From contig JANORN010000214.1 of the NCBI GenBank assembly GCA_031415355.1, positions 5,732-69,731 of the forward strand: a stretch of 64,000 nt of DNA, given 5' to 3'. The notes below the pieces were generated by a model. The model ran no database searches, was not told where the DNA came from, and saw only the letters and a program-made list of their open reading frames with translations. This DNA comes from Novosphingobium sp. GTDB lineage: Bacteria > Pseudomonadota > Alphaproteobacteria > Sphingomonadales > Sphingomonadaceae. The translations under genes and the position numbers were made by a program. Of this stretch, positions 31,926 to 41,526 are shown one piece after another; positions within the stretch are counted from its first letter, which is position 1; each line of letters opens with the position of its first letter.

Positions 31926-32884
31926 AACCCTCGAATATTGAAGGATCTATGTCAGATAGTTTCCGCTCCAGTCGGCAAGGTCTATGCATTGCCGACTGGA
32001 CCAGGCGGCCAGACTATTTGATCAGACGGCTGGTTCCGCAGAGCTGCGTAATCGACATCTCAGCAGGTGCGCCCGCCCAGGCTTTGCTCGATGCTGTGCT
32101 AACCCGAGACCCGCAGCCCAACGCCATCCTTATACACATTGACGCAAGCCAGCCTGATGCCTTTATTCGGGGCTTCGATGATCTGTGTCGCGATGCCGGG
32201 GCGGCGGGAGTTGCGGTTTGGAATGGGGCCGTGCGCGATATCCGCAAGCGCAGCCTTCAGCAACGTCTGCAAGCCTGCGGATTGCCAACAGTTGCGGCTA
32301 CCTTGGCCGGCGATCCGGGCGAGCGGGTCATTGTGAAGACAGATTTGAACAGCCGTGGGATTTCTGAGTGGTCACTGACCATGCAGGAACGCGCGCAACT
32401 GGGTTGGCCGCCGGCGCGCAAATCTGCACTGGATGGCCTCACGACTTATCAAGTCAAACCGCGCGCTGAAGTGCCGGGAGAGTGGTGGGATGATCCCGAT
32501 CTGGCAATCGAGCGGTATGTCGAGAACCCTACGGATCGGATCGCGAGGGTGTACTTTGCAGGAGAACAGGTTTCAGTTTCGACTGGGCGGTCGGCTGGTC
32601 CAGTACGGCGTATGAACGATGCCGTTGACCGGTTTGACTATCTGGCAGATCGTTCGAGTCTGCTTGATCTGCGCGTGGCCGAGGTGATGGATCCAGCCAC
32701 GCTCGCTGCGGCGCTATCAGCCTTAGCTTTCGCTGCCTATTGCGGCCTAGATTTTGGTGCTGTTGATCTCGTTTTTGATGCGGCCGGCTTGCCTTACATC
32801 GTCGATCTGAATTTGACGCCTTATTGGGGCAATGATGGCGGAGACGACAAGCTATTGGCACATCTTCGCAAAGGATTAGCATAG
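31922..32884 (+). CDS. Divergent ATP-grasp-like protein
   Basis: VIVKT, IERYV, R.YF.G, GLDFGAVD.....G.PYIVDLN.TP; GTGA overlap with upstream stop. Confidence 0.6.
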   Translation: MKPSNIEGSMSDSFRSSRQGLCIADWTRRPDYLIRRLVPQSCVIDISAGAPAQALLDAVLTRDPQPNAILIHIDASQPDAFIRGFDDLCRDAGAAGVAVWNGAVRDIRKRSLQQRLQACGLPTVAATLAGDPGERVIVKTDLNSRGISEWSLTMQERAQLGWPPARKSALDGLTTYQVKPRAEVPGEWWDDPDLAIERYVENPTDRIARVYFAGEQVSVSTGRSAGPVRRMNDAVDRFDYLADRSSLLDLRVAEVMDPATLAAALSALAFAAYCGLDFGAVDLVFDAAGLPYIVDLNLTPYWGNDGGDDKLLAHLRKGLA

Positions 32885-32925
32885 AGCGCCGCCGAAGTTT
32901 TGCCGCTGCAGGGTTCACGCTGTTT

Positions 32926-33912
32926 TTATGGGATCAGCAGACAATTGACTAGAGACTGCGGTACACATGTATTTAGAAAGGCGCGGTCAAGAACCGCAGA
33001 ATCGGGACAACCATACCATAGTAGTGGCCGCCGTGTTGCCCCTGCAAGCGCATCTTCGCGCAATGCCGCCAGCGCCTTTGCCGTATAACTGGGATCCAGT
33101 TGGACCGGTAGATGCAAACCATTTAGGCGGCTGAGGCAAGCAGGATCAATCCGACCGAAACCAGGGGCAAGCCAATCCCTGATGTGCGGAAACGGCACGG
33201 CGACAGGTTCAGCCAAGGCGTGCTTCAGGATGGTCACTGCCTTGGCTTGGATCGCAGCTGGCGAAGGCGCTTGATCCTGTGCGACATTGACCAGCACCAG
33301 TTGCGTATTCCATCCTGTCGCGGCCAGACCTGCAAGCACCCCAGCGCCGCTATCGAATGAAGCACTGGCCATATAAAGCCGGTCGGGCGGATCAAATGCC
33401 TTTTTTCGCCAAAAGCGGTCCAGTTCGCGCACAGTTGCATAATGCGCCAATCCGGCTTGGATTGTAGCGGCTCCGAACGGCAACAGCTCCGGACGATCTC
33501 CGCCCGCAGCCAGGTGCGCGGCCAAGTTCTTCAGATATGGCTGGTCGAGCCGCAACGACACGTCCAGATCGACGGGCGTGATCGTGCAACCTGAAGCATG
33601 GACTAGGCTCAAGTTACGCAGCGCCTCAGCCGATAAAGGTTGTGGGCGAAGTACGGCATGTAGGCGAATGCCGTAGTCTCCTGCCAAGGAGCTTGCGGCC
33701 AACACTGCATTAGATCCGGCCCGGGCCGGCAAAACCAGTACCGTCGCGCCGCGACGAGCGGCCGCGCCGAGTGCGCGAACCATTGTGCGCGATTTTGTTC
33801 CGCCGATCCCAATGCGGTTCTGATCTTCGCGCCGTATCCACAGCGAATCCAGCCCTAACGCTGCTGCAACGACTGGCACAGCTTCGATCAAGTCGCCATC
33901 AAAAGCTGCCAT
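32926..33912 (-). CDS. PLP-dependent ACC deaminase/D-cysteine desulfhydrase-fold protein (NocJ-like epimerase candidate)
   Basis: LWIRRED....GGTKSR (PLP Lys), GSN, LDPSYTAKA. Confidence 0.8.
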   Translation of the reverse strand: MAAFDGDLIEAVPVVAAALGLDSLWIRREDQNRIGIGGTKSRTMVRALGAAARRGATVLVLPARAGSNAVLAASSLAGDYGIRLHAVLRPQPLSAEALRNLSLVHASGCTITPVDLDVSLRLDQPYLKNLAAHLAAGGDRPELLPFGAATIQAGLAHYATVRELDRFWRKKAFDPPDRLYMASASFDSGAGVLAGLAATGWNTQLVLVNVAQDQAPSPAAIQAKAVTILKHALAEPVAVPFPHIRDWLAPGFGRIDPACLSRLNGLHLPVQLDPSYTAKALAALREDALAGATRRPLLWYGCPDSAVLDRAFLNTCVPQSLVNCLLIP

Positions 33913-33922
33913 CCCGCTGCCG

Positions 33923-34801
33923 TTACGCCGGTTGCTGTAAGTGGTAGAATTGAAACAGCGCGTGCTGGTGCGGGGTCAACTTCACTGACTGATGCAGGAT
34001 CAATCCAGCAGCGTGCATGACGGTCTGATCCAGCAGGATTGGCGTATGGCCAACCAGCAGCAGGTGCCCTCCTGGTGCGACACACTGGCAAAGCTGCTTG
34101 AACAACGCCAATGCCTGGGAACTGGTGACGACATCAAGGTTCAGGAAGCGGCAAATCAACGCAGTGGCTTCGTTCTCGCCACATGCTGGTTCTGTTGCCG
34201 AACCGGTTCGCACGTCTCGGAGCCGGGTCCTGGCCAGCTGCGCCATCGGCTCGCTCAGTTCCTGTCCGCGCAGCCGACAGTGCGGTATGGCATCGCCGAT
34301 TGCGGCAAGAAATCGCCCGGTGGAGCAGGCTGGATCGAACACCAGATCGCCCGGCTGCAAGATCGGAGCCAGCAACCGAATGGCAGCTTCGCGCATAAAC
34401 CATTCATCATTATCCAAGCTTTCAGGCTCGGCTGCGCGTGCGCTCCAATAGGCTTCGGTTTGGACAGTCTCCGCCGCATCAACCAAGCGCCGCAGTGGAT
34501 AGGTAAGCTCCGTGCGCAGGGGAGCGGCGCAAACCAGTGCCGCCACCTCTGCGCCGCTGATCGCGCGATAGCGCAAGTGATAACCCGTTTCTGTCGCGAT
34601 CCACGTGTCCAGTTCACCTATAACATCGGCAAAGGCAACAAGGCACGAGCGATTCGCGGGGCGAGGATCGCCGAGCCGATATGCAATCGGCTCTTTCCAA
34701 CCAAAGAACCGGCGTTGGCCAACTGTGATCACAAACAGGTTATAGGGCCGTTCATCGTAGCCAACCACCAACGTTGGCGTTGCGGTGATTGCGCGGCTCA
34801 T
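33923..34801 (-). CDS. Class I SAM-dependent transferase (Nat/isonocardicin synthase-like candidate)
   Basis: VFDPACSTGRFL SAM motif, RFLN..VV, PGG.LLL.GHTP; ATGA overlap with the NRPS stop. Confidence 0.75.
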   Translation of the reverse strand: MSRAITATPTLVVGYDERPYNLFVITVGQRRFFGWKEPIAYRLGDPRPANRSCLVAFADVIGELDTWIATETGYHLRYRAISGAEVAALVCAAPLRTELTYPLRRLVDAAETVQTEAYWSARAAEPESLDNDEWFMREAAIRLLAPILQPGDLVFDPACSTGRFLAAIGDAIPHCRLRGQELSEPMAQLARTRLRDVRTGSATEPACGENEATALICRFLNLDVVTSSQALALFKQLCQCVAPGGHLLLVGHTPILLDQTVMHAAGLILHQSVKLTPHQHALFQFYHLQQPA

Positions 34802-37800
34802 GCTGGGATCGCTTCTGACAAAATATCTGCAATGGCATTGCGCAAGGCCGCAGCTGTCGCGGCAAGGGCTGGTTCGCGCATGATCGCATAGTGATCGCCC
34901 GCTACGGTAAGTGTTTGCAACGCATCACAGCGGCGGAGCCAACCGTTTGCTGGACCAAGATCAACGGTGACGGCGGGGTCTTGGTCGGCAGCCTGGATCA
35001 GCATCACCGGATGCGGATAGGGTCCAGCGTGTTGACCAAGCGCAAGGCAGGTATTGTTGATGATCTCCACCTGCAATGATTGCTGCGCTTGTGAATCAAG
35101 CTCAGCTAGCATTTCAATCTGTTTGACCGCGCCACTTGCAAAAACGAATGGATCTTTGCCGCAGCCGGCGAAGTTATAGCTGTCGATTAGAATGACGCCG
35201 GGTGGTGAGTCATGGCGGGCCATGATTGCAGCCATTTCAAGCGCGACGACCCCACCAAAGGACCATCCGGCCAGGATCACCCGCTCGCCGTCAAAGTGGT
35301 TTCGCACCCATTCAACATACAATTCTGCCATGCTGTGCAAATCGGCAAACGGTTCTTCCGCGCCAAACCGGGGATTTTCGATAGCCCAGACTGGCGGTCC
35401 ATCCACTGCGCGTGCCAACGGATGATAAGCGTGGCAAAGGCCTTCGACGGGATGGATCAGGATCAACGGGGCACCGCTTCCTTCCGCCAAGCATCGCATG
35501 TGGCGGGCGCAACCGGTCTCTCCTGGCGTCAAGAGGGCCTCAGCAAAACCCGCCACGCTGGGAAACTTGAAAAACAACGGCACTCTGATTCCATCGGGTA
35601 ATTCAAGGCGCTTTTGCAATTGTGAAACCAACCGCATTGCTGTCATCGAATGCCCACCGGCTTCAAAAAAGTTGGTTGTGCGCGATAGCGGAGGCACGCC
35701 GACCACCATTTCCCAACAGTCAGCGATGGCGCGCTCGACGTTGTTCGCAGGATTCAGCATCGGCAGGCGCGTAAGCCTAGCCGACGATAAGGGTGACACC
35801 GCAGCTAACGCGGTATAGTCGATCTTGCCGTTGTTGGACTGCGGCAAATCATGAGTGATCGTTAGCGTGTGGGGGACCGCCCACCGTGGCAGGTGCCGTG
35901 CCAACCAACTTCGCAAACCAGGTTCAGTCAGCGTGTCGTGAACGGAAGCTGTGGTTGGTACGACAAATCCACGAATTTCCACTGCGTCACCGGTTGCAAG
36001 AGCAATCACGGCTGCTTGCCGCACCAGCGGATGCGCGCCCAAGCTGCGCTCTACGGCGTCAAGCTCAACCCGGAAGCCGCGAACTTTAACCTGGCGGTCA
36101 CCGCGTCCGGAAAAGTGCAACTCGTGCCCGGCTGTCCAGCAGCCTTTGTCGCCCGTGTTGTATCGCACACTGCCTGGCGGTCCATCGGGATTGGGCGTAA
36201 AGGCTGCTGCGGTCTGGCGCGGCATCCGCCAATAGCCTGCGCCGACCGGGCAACCGGCAATGTGAATCGTGCCCACCGCCTCTTCCCGGCAATGCCGAAG
36301 TGCTGAATCCAAGACCTGAATTGATGCTCCCGGCATGGTCCGGCCGAGCGCGATCGGCACGCTGAGCGCAGCGGGATCCAATCGGCCGTCAACCACTGAA
36401 ACACAGGCTTCGGTGGGGCCATAGCCTTGAAAAATGCGCGCCTGCGGTGCTTTGCGGGCCAGTGCCTGGACGCGTTCTGCGGTCACTTGTTCACCGCCTG
36501 TGATCAGCAAGGAAACCGACTGCCAGGGTTCAGGTCGATCACCGAAGGCAGCGGCAAAAGTTGGAGTTGCGTGCAGGGCTGTAATCACATGTTCCGTCAT
36601 CCGGTTATGCAAACGCGTCATGTCGATGACATCGTCATCGTCCGCGATAACCACGCTGCCGCCGCAGGCTAGCGGCCAGGCCAGTTCCCACAGTCCGATA
36701 TCAAAACCCGGTGCAGCATTGGCCAGCAGGCGCGGTCGCTCCACGTTATAAAGATGCCGCGTCCATGCCACGCGGTGCGCAAATCCTATGGCCGGGATGA
36801 TCACCGGCTTTGGCTTGCCGGTCGTACCCGATGTCAGCAGAATTGCAGCATTCTGCGCTGCCGGAGGTTTGGTGAACGTCAACCCCGGTTTAGATTCCGC
36901 TGGTGCAATCAAGGTTGCCAAGCTCAGCCATGACTGTGTCTGTTCGTCCAAACGGGATGCCGTTCGTTCATCAGTCAATAGCAACGGATCGCAACTGTCT
37001 TGCAGGATGGCACCGATTTCGGCGTCAGGCAGGGCAGGATTGATGACAATCGGCACCAATCCGCTGCGCCAGGCTGCCAGCACGGCAATCGCAAAGTGGA
37101 CCGAACGGTGCGCGCAGATCGCAACGACCTGTTGCTGGGTTGCCGCCAAAAGTCGTGCAGCAGTTTGATCCACGACTTGGCGCAATTCGGCACGGGTCCA
37201 GGACTGGCCTTGGCCCAGCAGAGCCGGGAGTGCTTCAGACTGCGGGTCCACCGCGAGCACTTCGCGCAAATCGAGCGGCGGAAACAAATCTGACGGTTTG
37301 TTGATCTGATCCAGGGTGGCCGCCGAACTGGATAGCTCAAACGTTGCGAGCGTCGCATCTGGAAAGTCGATCATGCGATCCAAGAGGGCTAGATAATCGT
37401 CACGAATCGTCTCGATCTGCCCGGACGTGAAATGCTTGGTGTCGTAATTGAAGTGCACTTCAAACGGTTCGCCAGGCAATACGATCAAACCGATTGGGTA
37501 TTCGGTTTTTTCATCACAGAAGCGGTCAACGAACTCAACGCCGGCAACCGCGCTGGTGGGCAGGTTTTCGTCGGGATAGTTTTCAAACGCAATCAGGCTA
37601 TCGAACAATCGCTGGTCCGGGTTGGTTCGACCTTGCCAATGGCTGAGAATCTCTGGCAATGCCAGGGTTCCGTGGCGGTTTGCCGCAGCCAATCCAGTTT
37701 GCACGGACTGCAAAAAATCAGCCGCAGTTTGCAACGGATGGGCCTGAATACGCAACGGGATCAGATTTATGAACAGGCCAACCATGGCGTCCGACCCGGC

Positions 37801-40800
37801 CATTTCCGGCGGTCTGCCAGAGATTGACACGCCATGAGTAACGTCACTTGTACCGCGGCGCAGCCCGATCAAGAGCGACCACGCCGCTTGGATGAAGGCA
37901 TTCGCAGTCAATCCTAAGGTGGCGCAGGCAAGGTCCAATGCAGCTTTGCGCTTGCTCGGCAAAGGCACCCGCAGCGTTGCGGCAACACCTTCATCATCGA
38001 CTGAACACGACGAAAATGAACAGGCCTGGGCTCCGGCCAACCGGTCGCGCCAATAGGTCTGGGTCGCATCTTCTGGCGGGTGCGCAGCCAGCCAAGCGAT
38101 GTAATCCCGGTACGGGCGAGGTTGCACCATCGCGGGGGCCATGTCCGGGCCTGCTTCAGCTGCAAAAGCCTTGGCAAAATCGCCCCAGATCAACGCCAAG
38201 CACCACCCGTCCAGCAAAATATGGTGATGAGTCCAGACCAGTACGTGACGATCTGAGGTATGGCGGATCAGCCGCAACCGCCACAACCCGGGCTTAGTCA
38301 AATCGAACGGCAAAGCGCGGTCATGATCGAGAAAGGCGGTAAGCCGGGTTTCAAAATCGGCTGCCGTGCGTTCACTCCAATTAAGGTATTCCACACCCTG
38401 TTCCAGCGACTCGGCAATCACCGCTAAGGGACGAGGCAGATCTTGCCAGCGATAGGCACTGCGGAGAATTTCATAGCGTTCACAAATAGTAACCCATGCG
38501 GCGGCAATATGTTGCGGGTTCAGCGGACCGCGCAATTCAATAATGTTCTGGTTGAGATAGGCGTCTGATTCCGGCCAGTACGCGGCCCGCATCAGCATAC
38601 CTTCCTGGAGCGGAGCGAGCGGATAGATATCGTCAATCGCGCCGTATTGGCGGGTGAGTTGATCAAGTTGGGCCGTGGCGAGCGCAGCCAGCGGGAAATC
38701 ACCCGCGATGCGTTGATTCACCCAGTCGATGGGAAGGTCCAGGTCAGCGGTAAGACGCGCTTTTAGCGCTTCAATCGCGGGAGCCAGCCAGGCGGCTGGA
38801 TCTTTCGGCCATTGCACAAACAGCCCCTGCCCATGCCAAATTACCGCAACCTCTCCGCAGGCTACAATGGGTGCAGCAAGGTGCTGCGCGGTGTCAACAG
38901 AGGGCACATCGCCGCAGCGAAAGCGCAAAATGGTTTCACCCGGCGCGGCTTTGGATGAAGCGGCCAAAGGTTGATTGCGGCACGCTGCAACTGACGCCGC
39001 TGTGGCGCCAACGCTGACGGTCCAGTGGCTATAGCTGCCCAATCGTCCGACGGGTCGGTCCAACGCGATTCCAGCGCCATGACATGGTCCCCTGGATTCA
39101 GGGAGCCACGCGCTGAACCCAGCGACCGATGCTGCTTCAGACAAGGTAGCCAGCAGCTGCGCCGTGATCCAGTCACGATATCGTTCATGGCTTGCGGTGG
39201 TGCGCCAGCGATCAGGTGCCACGGGTAACGCTATCGTGACTGCTTGCTGATTATCAGCAGGCCAGATCAAGGGGCGATCAGGTGGCAACACCGGCGCAAT
39301 ATCCAGCATCGGTTGGCGTTCAATGCGGGGCAGCGGCCCAAGGCCGCGCAACCAATCCAACACCGGTTCCATACTGGCTTCGTCAGCACTGGCTGGATCG
39401 AATGCCATGACCACAGTGCCATCCGACAACCGATTTGCGGCCAAAGCAAGTTCAGGTGTTCGGGCGATCCGGAGTGCGGGGTGGTCGGCCGGCGCATCGC
39501 GCCAGTCCAGCGCGGCGTTGATTGGAACATCGGGACGAAGCGCAGCGGCAAGCGTCGCGGCACGTTCCACCAATGCAGCGTCGGCCCAGCCTGCTGGAAC
39601 AATCAGCACAGGTGCGATGGCCAGCCGCTGCGACGGAGCAGCAGTACGGATCGCTTTGGCGTAAGCTGATTGGGGCAAATCAGTCAGATTGAGCGGAACC
39701 ATCGCCGCAGCCAAATCGGCAAGAATCGGATGATCGAACACATCCTGCGTCTCTATTTTGAACCCTTCCGCCCGCAGCCGCGCGACCAGCCGGATCGCGG
39801 TAATGCTGTCTCCCCCCAATTTGAAAAAATGCGCGGTGGACGATTTGACCGGATGCCCAAGCAAGACACTCCAAATGGCGGCCAATTGCGCGGCGGCTGG
39901 CAGCAGTGGAGTTTCATCGGACGCGGAGTCACGCAGATGGCTCTCGGCAATTGCCCGCAAGGCGCGTTGATCGGCTTTGCCGTTGGCAGAAACCGGCAAT
40001 CGTTCCAGCGTAAAGATGCGCGCTGGAACCATATAGGCGGGCAGCGCGTTGCCCAGCCTGGCCAGCACTGCATCTTCATCAATTGGCGTAGGCGCGATGA
40101 CGAAGCCGATCAGCACAGTTTGGCCGCTTGCCATTGCAATTGGTTCAACCAGACACTGGGTCAGCCCGGTCACCTCGACCATTCGGCTTTCGATTTCGCC
40201 AGGTTCGATCCGCAATCCACGCAGTTTTAGCTGGCGGTCATTGCGCCCCATAAACCGCACCATCCCTGCGGCGTCCCAGGATCCCAAATCGCCGGTACGG
40301 TATAGCAGCGCACCGGGCTGGTCAGTGAACGGGTCCGGCACGAACCGCTCGGCCGAGCTGCGGGGGGCCTGTAAATAGCCGTTGCCGACAGGCACGCCGC
40401 CGATGTAAATCTCGCCTGCGGCACCAACCGGAACCTCGGCCAAATGCGTATCCAGGATCCGGATTGTGCAATTCTGAATTGGCGCACCGATTGAAACGTC
40501 GTGTCCCAGATCCGGTTTCACCGCCCAGCCGGTGACGTCGATTGCAGCTTCGCTTGGCCCATAGTAATTGTGCAACGCTATCCTAGGAAAAGCGAGCACG
40601 GCTTGCGCGGTTGCAGCCGGCAAAGCTTCGCCACTGGCGATAATGCAGCGTAGCCCCGACGGCAGTCCAGCCTTCGCGGCGGTCACAAATTCACCCAGCT
40701 GGGACGGGACAAAGTGGCTAATGCTGATCAGGTGGCGAGCGAAGAAATCTAGCAGTGCGAGGGGTTCACGCCGAAGGTTGTCCGCTGCAACATGCACTGT

Positions 40801-41526
40801 GGCGCCTGTCAGCAAGGGCAAGAGCTGTTCCCATACACTGACGTCAAATCCGAAGGGCGTCTTGTGACAGACCTGATCAGCAGGTGTTATCGCAATGTCG
40901 CGGGCCATCCACTCCAGCCGGTTGATCAATGCGGCATGGTTGTTGATCGCCGCTTTGGGTTTGCCGGTGGTTCCGCTGGTATAGACAACGTAGCACCAAT
41001 CCTGCGCGCAGCGCTGCGGATCGCGCCAGACGATGGTTTGCGGGAGCTGCGCGTCGCCATCGGGAGGCAGAACCAGCATCGCTGGCGCAGACTGGCTCCA
41101 CGCCCGCTGGGCTTGTTCGGCATCTAGCAACAGCGCGGCGCAGGCGCTGTCGTGCAGGTACATGGCGATCCGGTCATCAGGCAACGCTTGGTCAATCGGC
41201 AAGGCGACGCCGCCAGCGCGCATTGCGGCATAAAGCGCCATGACTCGCGCCGGAGATGGCGCCATGACAATTCCCACGATGCTGCCGCGGCCAACACCAT
41301 GCGCTTGCAGCCAGCCCGCTAAATCCTCGGCGCGTTGCAAAAAGGTGCCGCGATCCAGCACCAGCTCACCGAATTGGCAACATGCGGCCGTTGTGGCGAG
41401 ATCGGCAGATCGAATCAATTCATCAACCAGCCCGTCTGAAAATGGCGCTGCCGTGGTGTTAAAACGGGCAATAGCCGCGCTGGCATCAGCATCGGCGGTG
41501 AACAGATCTGACAGGTCATCAAGCAC
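34798..41526 (-). CDS. NRPS 2: A(Ser)-T-[degenerate E]-C(DCL-like)-A-T-TE, 2242 aa
   Basis: YTSGTTGKPK and LTSGTTGKPK; T motifs LGGDSI and AGGHSM; C motif HHHILLDGW; TE GWSFG; GTG start overlaps the NRPS 1 stop. Confidence 0.93.
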   Translation of the reverse strand: MLDDLSDLFTADADASAAIARFNTTAAPFSDGLVDELIRSADLATTAACCQFGELVLDRGTFLQRAEDLAGWLQAHGVGRGSIVGIVMAPSPARVMALYAAMRAGGVALPIDQALPDDRIAMYLHDSACAALLLDAEQAQRAWSQSAPAMLVLPPDGDAQLPQTIVWRDPQRCAQDWCYVVYTSGTTGKPKAAINNHAALINRLEWMARDIAITPADQVCHKTPFGFDVSVWEQLLPLLTGATVHVAADNLRREPLALLDFFARHLISISHFVPSQLGEFVTAAKAGLPSGLRCIIASGEALPAATAQAVLAFPRIALHNYYGPSEAAIDVTGWAVKPDLGHDVSIGAPIQNCTIRILDTHLAEVPVGAAGEIYIGGVPVGNGYLQAPRSSAERFVPDPFTDQPGALLYRTGDLGSWDAAGMVRFMGRNDRQLKLRGLRIEPGEIESRMVEVTGLTQCLVEPIAMASGQTVLIGFVIAPTPIDEDAVLARLGNALPAYMVPARIFTLERLPVSANGKADQRALRAIAESHLRDSASDETPLLPAAAQLAAIWSVLLGHPVKSSTAHFFKLGGDSITAIRLVARLRAEGFKIETQDVFDHPILADLAAAMVPLNLTDLPQSAYAKAIRTAAPSQRLAIAPVLIVPAGWADAALVERAATLAAALRPDVPINAALDWRDAPADHPALRIARTPELALAANRLSDGTVVMAFDPASADEASMEPVLDWLRGLGPLPRIERQPMLDIAPVLPPDRPLIWPADNQQAVTIALPVAPDRWRTTASHERYRDWITAQLLATLSEAASVAGFSAWLPESRGPCHGAGIALDRPVGRLGSYSHWTVSVGATAASVAACRNQPLAASSKAAPGETILRFRCGDVPSVDTAQHLAAPIVACGEVAVIWHGQGLFVQWPKDPAAWLAPAIEALKARLTADLDLPIDWVNQRIAGDFPLAALATAQLDQLTRQYGAIDDIYPLAPLQEGMLMRAAYWPESDAYLNQNIIELRGPLNPQHIAAAWVTICERYEILRSAYRWQDLPRPLAVIAESLEQGVEYLNWSERTAADFETRLTAFLDHDRALPFDLTKPGLWRLRLIRHTSDRHVLVWTHHHILLDGWCLALIWGDFAKAFAAEAGPDMAPAMVQPRPYRDYIAWLAAHPPEDATQTYWRDRLAGAQACSFSSCSVDDEGVAATLRVPLPSKRKAALDLACATLGLTANAFIQAAWSLLIGLRRGTSDVTHGVSISGRPPEMAGSDAMVGLFINLIPLRIQAHPLQTAADFLQSVQTGLAAANRHGTLALPEILSHWQGRTNPDQRLFDSLIAFENYPDENLPTSAVAGVEFVDRFCDEKTEYPIGLIVLPGEPFEVHFNYDTKHFTSGQIETIRDDYLALLDRMIDFPDATLATFELSSSAATLDQINKPSDLFPPLDLREVLAVDPQSEALPALLGQGQSWTRAELRQVVDQTAARLLAATQQQVVAICAHRSVHFAIAVLAAWRSGLVPIVINPALPDAEIGAILQDSCDPLLLTDERTASRLDEQTQSWLSLATLIAPAESKPGLTFTKPPAAQNAAILLTSGTTGKPKPVIIPAIGFAHRVAWTRHLYNVERPRLLANAAPGFDIGLWELAWPLACGGSVVIADDDDVIDMTRLHNRMTEHVITALHATPTFAAAFGDRPEPWQSVSLLITGGEQVTAERVQALARKAPQARIFQGYGPTEACVSVVDGRLDPAALSVPIALGRTMPGASIQVLDSALRHCREEAVGTIHIAGCPVGAGYWRMPRQTAAAFTPNPDGPPGSVRYNTGDKGCWTAGHELHFSGRGDRQVKVRGFRVELDAVERSLGAHPLVRQAAVIALATGDAVEIRGFVVPTTASVHDTLTEPGLRSWLARHLPRWAVPHTLTITHDLPQSNNGKIDYTALAAVSPLSSARLTRLPMLNPANNVERAIADCWEMVVGVPPLSRTTNFFEAGGHSMTAMRLVSQLQKRLELPDGIRVPLFFKFPSVAGFAEALLTPGETGCARHMRCLAEGSGAPLILIHPVEGLCHAYHPLARAVDGPPVWAIENPRFGAEEPFADLHSMAELYVEWVRNHFDGERVILAGWSFGGVVALEMAAIMARHDSPPGVILIDSYNFAGCGKDPFVFASGAVKQIEMLAELDSQAQQSLQVEIINNTCLALGQHAGPYPHPVMLIQAADQDPAVTVDLGPANGWLRRCDALQTLTVAGDHYAIMREPALAATAAALRNAIADILSEAIPA

